A program made the translations under genes and the position numbers. Of a stretch of 64,000 bases of DNA, positions 55,983 through 64,000 are shown in pieces (position 1 is the first letter of the stretch; each line of letters opens with the position of its first letter). Location of the stretch: positions 1,024,001-1,088,000 of the forward strand of contig CAVWPA010000003.1 of assembly GCA_963756875.1 (NCBI GenBank), given 5' to 3'. The DNA is from an uncultured Verrucomicrobiae bacterium. GTDB lineage: Bacteria; Verrucomicrobiota; Verrucomicrobiia; Chthoniobacterales; UBA10450. The notes beneath the pieces were generated by a model. That model saw only the letters and a list, made by a program, of their open reading frames with translations. It was not told where the DNA came from and ran no database searches.

Positions 55983-56057
55983 GGCCTTCACGGACTCTTG
56001 AGCTCTTTGTTTTTTTCGTCATTCGACATTTAAGATTCGTCACCTTAATTCTGGCCC

Positions 56058-56681
56058 GTGGCTCACGAACGCGCACACCGTCACATTGCGGCAACTCATC
56101 CGCGCCTCGCTGAGTTAATTGCGCGATCGCTCCGGTACAACATCACGCCGTCCGTCCCAGTAAGACCCTTCGATGCACTGGCCGAGTCGATTGTTTATCA
56201 ACAGCTTAGTGGCAAGGCGGCCGCAAAGATCTTCAGCCGGGTGCGCGCGCTTTATCCGAGAAGAAAATATCTCGACCCCCAACTCGTCCTGAGCACGTCC
56301 GACGAGAAGCTGCGCTCTGCGGGCCTGTCACGCAGCAAGACTGCCGCGCTCAAGGATCTCGCCGCGAAGACGCTCGATGGAACCGTGCCATCGGCAGGCG
56401 CGCTCGCCAAAATGTCCGATGAGGAGATTGTCGCGCGTTTAATCACTATCCGCGGCATCGGGCGCTGGACCGCTGAGATGCTTCTGCTCTTCGATCTCGG
56501 CCGGCTGGATGTCTGGCCGGTGGATGATTATGGAGTTCGCAAAGGCTTTGCGAAGACTTTCGGAAAACGAAAGTTGCCCACACCGAAGCAGCTTAAAAAG
56601 CTCGGTGAAAAATGGCGGCCTTATCGCTCAGTCGCCGCCTGGTATTTCTGGCGGGCGCTGGACAAAATGGATGCCCGTTAA
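56058..56681 (+). CDS. alkA: DNA-3-methyladenine glycosylase II (HhH-GPD family)
   Basis: IVYQQLSGKAA, GLSRSK, HhH RGIGRWTAEM, PVDDYGVR, WRPYRSVAAWYFW. Confidence 0.9.
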   Translation: MAHERAHRHIAATHPRLAELIARSLRYNITPSVPVRPFDALAESIVYQQLSGKAAAKIFSRVRALYPRRKYLDPQLVLSTSDEKLRSAGLSRSKTAALKDLAAKTLDGTVPSAGALAKMSDEEIVARLITIRGIGRWTAEMLLLFDLGRLDVWPVDDYGVRKGFAKTFGKRKLPTPKQLKKLGEKWRPYRSVAAWYFWRALDKMDAR

Positions 56682-56839
56682 GAGTTTCGGCTGGCGGGTG
56701 GATCGAGCAGTCTGTTGCTCGATGTTAGAAATGGCGACAAAGCCGCGATGATTTTAGCATCGCCCCACGGAACGGCCGATCCACCGGCCTTTTCCGAGCA
56801 ATTGACTTCGCCGGTTGAGTTTAATAAAACGCCAATATT

Positions 56840-57736
56840 ATGGCAATGATCCACGTTAACCGGGGCGCAACCAGTCTGGGCGCATTTTCTGAAGAACAAG
56901 TCCGCGAAGGGCTTCGTGCCGGTCGTTTTCTCCCAAGCGATCTCGGTTGGCGCGAAGGTATGGCCAATTGGCAGCAGCTCTCGCAGTTTGCCGAATTTGC
57001 CGCCGAAACCGCTGCTGCGGCGGGTCAAGCACCGCCCCCTCAAACTCCGCCGACATCGACGGTCACGGCTGCCGGCGCTGGTCCGGCGCCTGAAACTCCT
57101 GCGCCACGCAGCGGGCTGCCATGGGACCAACGGCAATCAAAAGGGCTCTTTAGCGCGTTTATCGAGACGCTGCAGTTGGTTCTAAGCAAACCGACTGTCG
57201 CGTTCACCGTCATGAAGCGCGAAGGCGGTCTCGGCGAGCCGTTAATCTATGCGCTCATCGGCGGAAGTTTCGGCATGGTTTTTTACTGGATCTACAATCT
57301 TGTCTTTCAGTCGTTTGCTTTGTTTCAGCCGCGACACAATCCGCTGGCAGGCGTCTTTGCCGGTATCGGCTCGATTTTTCTTTTGATTCTGGTTCCGGTC
57401 TTCGTTGTCATCGGAGTGTTTATCATTTCGGCGATACTCCATCTCTGCCTGATGCTGGTCGGCGGCGCGAAACAGTCATTTGAAACAACGTTTCGTGTTA
57501 TTTGCTTTACGGGTGGCTCGATTAATCCGCTGTTGGTTATTCCTTTTTGCGGGGGACTCGTCGTAGGAATCTGGAAAATTGTTCTCTACTGTATCGGATT
57601 GGCGCGCGCGCATGAGACCGATACCGGTCGCGCGGTGCTCGCGGTATTGCTTCCATTGATCGTTTGCTGCGGCGGCATAGCCCTGCTGGCAATGATGTTC
57701 GGCATGCTCGGTGCCTGGGGCGCGTCACACCATTGA
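56840..57736 (+). CDS. GYF_2 (DUF4339) domain + Yip1-like membrane protein
   Basis: GAFSEEQV...WREGMANWQ, Pro/Ala linker, LPW, five TM helices. Confidence 0.8.
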   Translation: MAMIHVNRGATSLGAFSEEQVREGLRAGRFLPSDLGWREGMANWQQLSQFAEFAAETAAAAGQAPPPQTPPTSTVTAAGAGPAPETPAPRSGLPWDQRQSKGLFSAFIETLQLVLSKPTVAFTVMKREGGLGEPLIYALIGGSFGMVFYWIYNLVFQSFALFQPRHNPLAGVFAGIGSIFLLILVPVFVVIGVFIISAILHLCLMLVGGAKQSFETTFRVICFTGGSINPLLVIPFCGGLVVGIWKIVLYCIGLARAHETDTGRAVLAVLLPLIVCCGGIALLAMMFGMLGAWGASHH

Positions 57737-57746
57737 AAAAGCATCG

Positions 57747-58169
57747 ATGGAACTTTCGCGTCGCCGTCTTGCGCCAGGCCAGCTCGACCACGAGCTGATC
57801 TGGCTGACGGTGTCGTTAGGTGGGCTAGCCTGTACCGTGGCCTGGCTCTTCCTCGGTTTGCCATGGCCGCGTTGCGCGTTTCACGATCTGACCGGGTTTC
57901 CCTGCGTGACCTGCGGCGCCACGCGGTGTGCCATTCAATTTTTTCACGGCAAATTTCTCGCGGCCTGGAATTGGAATCCGCTGGTGTTTGTGAGCTTGTG
58001 CGGATTATCGATCTTTGATGCTTATGCATTCGGCGTCCTGGCGACGCGGTCGCCACGCCTGCGAATCGGATTTCGGACGGAGCGGGCGAAGAAATACGGC
58101 CGATGGATTGTGATCGGGGCGCTGGCGATAAACTGGATCTATCTGCTCGCGCACTGGCGAATGTATTGA
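57747..58169 (+). CDS. DUF2752-family membrane protein
   Basis: CAFHDLTGFPCVTCGATR, AWNWNPL, NWIY. Confidence 0.85.
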   Translation: MELSRRRLAPGQLDHELIWLTVSLGGLACTVAWLFLGLPWPRCAFHDLTGFPCVTCGATRCAIQFFHGKFLAAWNWNPLVFVSLCGLSIFDAYAFGVLATRSPRLRIGFRTERAKKYGRWIVIGALAINWIYLLAHWRMY

Positions 58170-58171
58170 TT

Positions 58172-58224
58172 GGTAGGGTCGGCGCGCTGCGCCGGCCGGA
58201 CGCCCCGGCGGGTGCGTCCCTACC
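58172..58224. repeat. GTAG-type REP doublet; supplies the TAG stop of the M23 gene
   Basis: ggtagggtc...gtccctacc. Confidence 0.85.
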
Positions 58225-58876
58225 TAAGCGGCGGCCGTCCCACGTCGTCATCCAGTGCTCCGCGATGCGCCTTGATGAACGCCGTCGGATTGAGCCAGCC
58301 GCGTATATCCTTGCGATAACCTGGCCCGACGAATGGCGTGATGAATTCGCGCATCTCGAAATGCAGATGCGCGAAGTAGCGACCATTCGCCGTCCCCACT
58401 GTGGCGATCTGTTGTCCCCGCTTCACATCGTCGCCGGCATGAACCAGCATCGTTTGGACGTGCCCGTAATACGATTGGACGTATTTGCGTCGCCCATGGT
58501 CGACGTAAGCGTGCAAAAGGATTATGACGTTGCCCCAGCCCGGGCCGCCCTCGCGCGCGAGTAATACACGCCCATCGGCGACCGAATAGATGGGGTCCCC
58601 AAAATCGCTGTTTTCGCCGCCGATTCCATTGAGGTCGTCACCCAGATGAAGATTTTGGGTAAATCGCTGTGCGTTGTAGCTCATCGCCCCGTTCTCGCTC
58701 CCGAGCGGGAAATCGAAACGCGTTGCCGTTGGAATCGAGGCCAGTTCAAGAGGAGAAGGGAAACGAAACGCGGGATCCACATATTTGGGCCGGGTCAATT
58801 CCGGGCATAGTTTCCACGCGATCGTCGCTGCCAATGATAGGACGAATGTCAACACAACCCACGACGCGAGTTTCAT
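58220..58876 (-). CDS. M23-family metallopeptidase
   Basis: HLGDD (HxxxD), GWGNVIILLH, YGH, GQQIATVG, HLHFE; N-terminal hydrophobic anchor. Confidence 0.9.
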   Translation of the reverse strand: MKLASWVVLTFVLSLAATIAWKLCPELTRPKYVDPAFRFPSPLELASIPTATRFDFPLGSENGAMSYNAQRFTQNLHLGDDLNGIGGENSDFGDPIYSVADGRVLLAREGGPGWGNVIILLHAYVDHGRRKYVQSYYGHVQTMLVHAGDDVKRGQQIATVGTANGRYFAHLHFEMREFITPFVGPGYRKDIRGWLNPTAFIKAHRGALDDDVGRPPLR

Positions 58877-58961
58877 GTTCTAAGCCGTATAAGAATCGAA
58901 CCAGCAACTACGCTGAAATCTGTGTCGATCTGTGTTCATCTGTGGCTAATCTTAGAAGCCA

Positions 58962-59915
58962 ATGAGAATTCTGGTTACTGGCGGAGCGGGATTTATCGGC
59001 TCACACCTGGTCGAGAAATTACTCGCGCTCGGTCATGAGGTCGTCATTCTCGACGACTTCAACGATTTTTACGACCCGCAAATCAAGCGCGCAAACATCG
59101 CCGCAGTTTCCCGGGACGTCGCGCTTCACCAGATCGATCTCCGGAACGCCGCGGCGGTGCGGGATTTGTTTCGCCGGGAAAAATTTGAAGCCATCGCACA
59201 CCTGGCCGCGCGCGCCGGAGTTCGGCCGTCCATTCAAGATCCCCAACTTTACTACGACACGAACGTAGAGGGCACGTTGCATCTGCTGGAAGCGGCGCGT
59301 ATGACCGGCATTGAGCGGTTTATTTTTGCCTCGAGTTCGTCCGTTTACGGCGTGGCCGAAAAGGTCCCGTTTTCGGAGGACCAGCGCCTTACCCAGACGC
59401 TGAGCCCGTACGGTGCGACGAAGGTCGCCGGCGAATTTTTGTGTTCCACCTATTCGCACCTTTACAAAATGCGAGTGGTCGCATTGCGTTATTTCACGGT
59501 CTACGGACCGCGGCAACGGCCCGACCTGGCCATTCATCAGTTCACGAAGAAAATCTTCGCGGGTCAGTCCATAGACCAGTTCGGCGATGGTACGACCCGC
59601 CGTGATTACACGTTCATCGACGACATCATCCAGGGAACCGCGGCGGCACTGCGGTACCAGGGGCCGTTATTCGACCTGTTTAATCTCGGTGAAAGCGAAA
59701 CAATTCAGTTGAAGGAGTTGATCGCGGGGATCGAAGCGGCGCTGGGCAAAAAGGCGAAGATCAATCGATTGCCGGAGCAATCGGGCGACATGCGACTGAC
59801 CTGCGCGGACATTTCGAAAGCGAAAAAACTGCTGGGGTACGATCCGAAAACGAAGTTTGCCGACGGGCTGCCGCGGTTCGTCGATTGGTTTCTGCAATTG
59901 GCCGGGGCCAAATGA
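58962..59915 (+). CDS. NAD-dependent nucleotide-sugar epimerase (UDP-glucuronate 4-epimerase-like)
   Basis: TGGAGFIG, HLAARAGVRPS, ASSSSVYG, YGATK, RYFTVYGPRQRPD. Confidence 0.92.
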   Translation: MRILVTGGAGFIGSHLVEKLLALGHEVVILDDFNDFYDPQIKRANIAAVSRDVALHQIDLRNAAAVRDLFRREKFEAIAHLAARAGVRPSIQDPQLYYDTNVEGTLHLLEAARMTGIERFIFASSSSVYGVAEKVPFSEDQRLTQTLSPYGATKVAGEFLCSTYSHLYKMRVVALRYFTVYGPRQRPDLAIHQFTKKIFAGQSIDQFGDGTTRRDYTFIDDIIQGTAAALRYQGPLFDLFNLGESETIQLKELIAGIEAALGKKAKINRLPEQSGDMRLTCADISKAKKLLGYDPKTKFADGLPRFVDWFLQLAGAK

Positions 59916-59989
59916 GAACGGGTCTTGTTCGGCATGTTCGAGGCCGGCGTAAGTTGGTCCGCCATTTTAGAGCGCTCGCCGTGAGACCA

Positions 59990-60047
59990 ACCCTCGCCTG
60001 GCGCTTCGCGTCCTCCTCTCCCTGGGGGAGAGGATTGAGGAGAGGGC
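59990..60047. repeat. CCCTC-family palindrome (short relative of 13268-13417)
   Basis: accctcgcctggcgcttcgcg...ctctccctgggggagagg...gagagggc. Confidence 0.7.
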
Positions 60048-60429
60048 GATTTCTCCGGCTTCTCCAGGACGATTGGGCACCTCTATCGGCATTCGGCGAC
60101 AGGAGCCACAACCCGCTTGCAATCACTCACCCCGCAGACGATACTCGGCCGGAGATGTCGGGAATCTTTCGATGATCCGGGCGTCCGCTCCTAACGACGA
60201 TTCAGTTTTTCGATTATGATGCGCATTTATGCATCTTCCCTGTTTCGGTGGCTTACAGTAGCGGCTGGCGGTTCGAGGTATTTCCGGCTTTACGAGGCGA
60301 AGTTTCCTTTGGCGTGGCAGAATGCTTGCAATTTGCTTCCAGGGACCTTTCCAGGTTCCCACGCTGCGGACCGTGCACCATCCGGTGCGCTTCGCCCAAT
60401 TAACAATTGGATAAATATTAAGAATCAAC

Positions 60430-60945
60430 ATGAACTCTCATTCATCCGGAAGACGCCCGCGCCGTTCGCGTGGCGGTTCGCGAAGCAGAGGCGATCGTCG
60501 CGCGCGTTACCAGAGCGCGCCGCCTCACAAGGCTCAAAAGAAAACATTCTGGCAGCGACTGGCTGCATTTTTTGGAAACGGCAAGCGGACAAAACATCCG
60601 TCGGTTGGGTCCCGCAACGGTTCGCAGCAGCAGCAGCAGCAGCGGCAGCCGTCGCGCAAACCTGAATCAGTCGAAGTCAATTCACCCCGGCTTTACGTCG
60701 GCAATTTATCGTTCGACGCCACGGAAAGCGACCTTTTCGAACTGTTCAACGGAGTTGGACACGTCCAGAATGCCGAGGTGGTGACCTATCGCCATAACCA
60801 GCGCTCGAAAGGTTTCGCCTTTGTTCAGATGCAAACCATCGACGAAGCCAAACGCGCGGTCGAAGAACTTCACGATAAGGAATTTCTTGGACGCAAGTTG
60901 GTGGTAAGCGGCGCAAAGACGAGCGAGCATCAAGCGCGAAGTTAA
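60430..60945 (+). CDS. RRM-domain RNA-binding protein with Arg/Gly-rich N-terminal extension
   Basis: RNP2 LYVGNLSF, RNP1 KGFAFVQM; poly-Q linker encoded by (CAG)6. Confidence 0.92.
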   Translation: MNSHSSGRRPRRSRGGSRSRGDRRARYQSAPPHKAQKKTFWQRLAAFFGNGKRTKHPSVGSRNGSQQQQQQRQPSRKPESVEVNSPRLYVGNLSFDATESDLFELFNGVGHVQNAEVVTYRHNQRSKGFAFVQMQTIDEAKRAVEELHDKEFLGRKLVVSGAKTSEHQARS

Positions 60946-60967
60946 GCGGGTTGGCAACTCGGTTTGT

Positions 60968-61021
60968 GGTAGGGACGGCGCGCTGCGCCGTCCACGGACA
61001 TTGCAGCGCGATGTCCCTACC
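60968..61021. repeat. GTAG-type REP doublet
   Basis: ggtagggac...gtccctacc. Confidence 0.85.
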
Positions 61022-61024
61022 TGA

Positions 61025-61957
61025 ATGAAGCATGCCTTTTTTATCGTTGGCCCAACGGCTGTCGGAAAATCCGATATTGCCGCCGACGTCGCGCACCATC
61101 TCAACGCTGAGATCGTCAATGCAGACGCCTTTCAAATTTACAGCGGCCTCGACCGCTTAACGGCAAAACCGGAGCCGGCCACGCTGGCGAAAGCGCCACA
61201 TCACTTGATCGGGACCGTTCCTCTCCGGGAGGAAATGAATGCGGAAAAGTTTCGTCGAATCGCGTTGCGCGTAACCGGGGAAATTCGTTCGCGCGGAAAA
61301 CTGGCAATCGTTGTCGGCGGAAGCGGACTTTACGTAAAAGCGCTCACGCACGGTTTCGCTTCGCTTCCTCCGGTCGATCCGAAATTGCGCATGCAATTGA
61401 ACAGTTTGAGCCTTGACCGATTGCGCGAGAGGATGGCCGAGCTCGATCCGGAAGGCGCGACCAGGATCGACATTAAAAATCGGCGGCGACTGGTCCGTGC
61501 CATTGAGATTTGTTTGCTCACGGGCAAGCCGGCTTCGGCGCAACGGACGCAATGGGATCCTGCAGCGGCCGTCGTCCCCAGCGCCAGGTTGATGGACGGC
61601 ATATTTGTTTTTCGGGACCGCGACGAGCTTTATGCACGGATCAATCGCAGGGTGGAAGGAATGTTCGAAAGTGGCGTAATTGAGGAAGTGCGGGCCCTGA
61701 ACGCAGTGAGCGAGACCGCGTCGAAAACGATTGGTTTTGGCGAGATTCGCGACTTGCTTGACGGGAAGATGTCGATTTCTCAGTGTGTCGTGCAGATTCA
61801 ACAGGCTACCCGCCGCTATGCGAAACGGCAGTTGACCTGGTTTCGTCGGCAAACTAATTTTAAGCCGCTGAACCTATCGCTTCTTACTCACAACGAAGCC
61901 GTGAAATGGATCTCGCAGGCTGCGAGAGTGTCAGGGGTTGCTCAAAGGGATGATTGA
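61025..61957 (+). CDS. miaA: tRNA dimethylallyltransferase
   Basis: GPTAVGKS, DAFQIY, TAKP, HHLI, GGSGLY, TRRYAKRQLTWF. Confidence 0.95.
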   Translation: MKHAFFIVGPTAVGKSDIAADVAHHLNAEIVNADAFQIYSGLDRLTAKPEPATLAKAPHHLIGTVPLREEMNAEKFRRIALRVTGEIRSRGKLAIVVGGSGLYVKALTHGFASLPPVDPKLRMQLNSLSLDRLRERMAELDPEGATRIDIKNRRRLVRAIEICLLTGKPASAQRTQWDPAAAVVPSARLMDGIFVFRDRDELYARINRRVEGMFESGVIEEVRALNAVSETASKTIGFGEIRDLLDGKMSISQCVVQIQQATRRYAKRQLTWFRRQTNFKPLNLSLLTHNEAVKWISQAARVSGVAQRDD

Positions 61958-63221
61958 AACACGTCCGAAAAAAGGCCACGAACGCGCCATTTTGATTGGT
62001 CTCGAGAAAGACGGTGTCTCGAAATGGGATCTGCAGGATTCGCTGGAGGAATTGCGCGAGCTTGCAAATTCCGCTGGCGCGGAAGTGGTCGATACCGTCA
62101 CCCAAAAACTGGCGAAACCGACTGCGCCTTATTACATCGGGAAGGGTAAAGCCGAGTCGATTAAAGACTCGTTGCAAAACCGGGAAGTGACTTCGATCAT
62201 CTTTGACGACGAACTTTCGCCGGCCCAGGGGCGAAACCTGGAGAATCTGCTCTCGCGCAAGGTGCTCGATCGGACGCAGCTCATTCTCGATATTTTCGCG
62301 CAACGCGCGCGCAGTCGCGAAGGGCGATTGCAAATCGAATTGGCGCAACTTCAATATCTTCTGCCGCGTCTGACGAGAATGTGGCACCACCTTTCCCGGC
62401 AAACCGGCGGAATCGGCACACGCGGTCCGGGCGAGACGCAGCTGGAAGTAGACCGCCGCCGTGTGCAGGAGCGGATCGCGCGGTTGGAGCGGGAATTGGA
62501 ATCGGTGCGCAAAACGCGCGCGGTGCAACGCCAGGGAAGGAAGCGGCACCAGTGGCCGGTCGCAGCGGTGGTCGGCTACACGAATGCGGGAAAATCCACG
62601 CTGCTGAATTTGCTCACCGGCGCCGATCTCGTCGCGGCAAACAGACTCTTTGCCACGCTCGACCCGACGACCCGCAGTTTTGTTCTGCCCAACAAACAAC
62701 GCCTGCTGCTCACCGATACCGTCGGCTTTTTGCGCAAACTGCCCCACACGTTGATCGAGTCGTTCAAGGCGACGCTCGAAGAAGTGCACGAAGCAGACCT
62801 GCTCATTCACGTCGTCGATCTCAGTCATCCGCACGTGGAAGAACAGATGGAAGCGGTCGATGCCGTGATCAAGGAACTGGATGCGTTCGGCAAACAGGCC
62901 GTGATCGTTTTTAACAAGATCGACAATCTTGAGGGCCGCGAGCTTGCAGAAACATACGTCAAAAAGTTTCCCGGCAGTGTGGCGATTTCGGCCCGTACCG
63001 GCGAAGGCGTGGGCGATCTGGTGCAGGCGCTGCAAAGCGCGCTCAGCGCCTGGCGGTTGCGCTCGCGATTTCGAATTCCGGCGAGCGAATCGGCACTAAT
63101 TGCCGAGATCCATCGTGTTGGTCACGTGCTCGAGTTGAAGTACGAGAACAATGACGTGCTTGTCGTTGCGCATGTTCCGCCGCATTTGGGACAAAAGCTT
63201 TCGCAGTTTGCTGTTGAGTAA
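61950..63221 (+). CDS. hflX: GTPase HflX
   Basis: LILDIFAQRA, GPGETQLE, GYTNAGKST, FATLD, DTVG, NKID, SA. Confidence 0.96.
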   Translation: MIETRPKKGHERAILIGLEKDGVSKWDLQDSLEELRELANSAGAEVVDTVTQKLAKPTAPYYIGKGKAESIKDSLQNREVTSIIFDDELSPAQGRNLENLLSRKVLDRTQLILDIFAQRARSREGRLQIELAQLQYLLPRLTRMWHHLSRQTGGIGTRGPGETQLEVDRRRVQERIARLERELESVRKTRAVQRQGRKRHQWPVAAVVGYTNAGKSTLLNLLTGADLVAANRLFATLDPTTRSFVLPNKQRLLLTDTVGFLRKLPHTLIESFKATLEEVHEADLLIHVVDLSHPHVEEQMEAVDAVIKELDAFGKQAVIVFNKIDNLEGRELAETYVKKFPGSVAISARTGEGVGDLVQALQSALSAWRLRSRFRIPASESALIAEIHRVGHVLELKYENNDVLVVAHVPPHLGQKLSQFAVE

Positions 63222-63264
63222 ACGTGCCGACGGAGGGACAGCGTGAGGGCCCTGCCTGAATCGT

Positions 63265-63999
63265 TCAAGCTGACTGCTGAAGACGACCGCGGCGCTTCCG
63301 CGCGTCGGTAAACGAAACGCAAATCCATCCGGCGGTGAGGAAGCCATCCAGCCAGGCGGACGGTTCGGGCACGGCCTCGATGTTAATGAACGTGCTTGAT
63401 GTATCGTAGGCCAAGCCCAGCGGATTTCCGGTAATTCCCGTGCCGGTAAAGTCGGTCGTGTTCGTCTGTAACAACTGGGCATAGTTCATTTGCAAAATGT
63501 AACTTTGTCCGGGAACGAGGGTGCCGGCGGACAGCGTGATGGAGGTTAATGCCGGATCGTTTTTTCCGAGGCTGGGAACATATTGCGAAACCAATTGAGG
63601 GGTTAGTGGCGTGGGATAATCGGAGGCTGCAAACAAGTTCACGGTAATCGCTCCACCAAGGCCGCTCGTGTAGGTGGTGAACGCGCTGCTGTTGAGATCC
63701 AGGGTTGTCGTCACGTTTGGGTCGATAAGAAGCGTGCTGCCGCTCCAGGTACCGCCGCTGGTGACTTCAGGAGTGGTTGGCAGAAACGGAGTTACGGTGT
63801 CGAGATTGAGAGTCGGCATTGCCGACGCGTCGCCGAGTGTAAATGTAAATGTGCCGCTGCCGACGTTACTTGAGAGCTCCGAGGTGCTGTTCCAGGCATT
63901 GCCAAAGTCGTATCGATTGTAGCCGTCTCCGCCCGGGTAAGTTGGGGAAAAACCGGGTCCGGTGGGGAAGGTGATGTAGCCATCCGGATAAGCTGATGT
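63265..63999 (-). CDS. PEP-CTERM-sorted surface protein, Thr/Gly/Ser-rich; 5' end outside the window
   Basis: Frame open from the window end (TSAYPDGYITF...) through MPTLNL; C-terminal AVPEPSAW, semi-hydrophobic stretch, then RKRR. Confidence 0.8.
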   Translation of the reverse strand, partial: TSAYPDGYITFPTGPGFSPTYPGGDGYNRYDFGNAWNSTSELSSNVGSGTFTFTLGDASAMPTLNLDTVTPFLPTTPEVTSGGTWSGSTLLIDPNVTTTLDLNSSAFTTYTSGLGGAITVNLFAASDYPTPLTPQLVSQYVPSLGKNDPALTSITLSAGTLVPGQSYILQMNYAQLLQTNTTDFTGTGITGNPLGLAYDTSSTFINIEAVPEPSAWLDGFLTAGWICVSFTDARKRRGRLQQSA

Positions 64000-64000
64000 G

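Noticed and set aside
60050..60429. ncRNA or riboswitch in the long leader of the RRM gene
   Set aside because: No recognisable conserved motif or strong stem found by inspection; an Rfam scan would be needed.
60625..60642. (CAG)6 tract as a phase-variation switch
   Set aside because: Trinucleotide unit in a disordered linker; slippage would not change the frame.
3624..61021. CRISPR array suggested by many short palindromic repeats
   Set aside because: The repeats are dispersed and inverted, never direct repeats with regular unique spacers; no cas genes.

Overview
GC-rich bacterial chromosome segment, probably from a soil Verrucomicrobiota (Chthoniobacterales-like) organism. That assignment is an inference from the PEP-CTERM protein, PVC-type hypothetical proteins, a W-x-x-x-D-P helical-repeat protein and GuaB3. 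Most of the ~50 genes are housekeeping or envelope genes (dinG, lptF/G, dusB, exbBD, guaB3, fabF, rarA, comEC, trmB, msrA, ssuABC-like, alkA, miaA, hflX), plus a tmRNA. No integrase, transposase, prophage or CRISPR array was seen. The most notable locus (36.2-45.5 kb) is an outer-membrane beta-barrel translationally coupled to a ~1316-aa decaheme cytochrome c fused to a 7-repeat LVIVD propeller. It sits opposite an exported tandem GlcG/HbpS heme-binding protein and is followed by a flavodoxin-less CysJ-like reductase, an EF-hand protein and a ketosynthase lacking both catalytic histidines. A second cluster (48-55 kb) looks like a trans-envelope lipid-transport module. Most larger intergenic gaps carry REP-like palindromes of several families. 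Several copies lie in frame inside proteins, and one supplies the entire predicted signal peptide of the decaheme cytochrome. Four genes carry single +1 frameshifts, most likely consensus errors.
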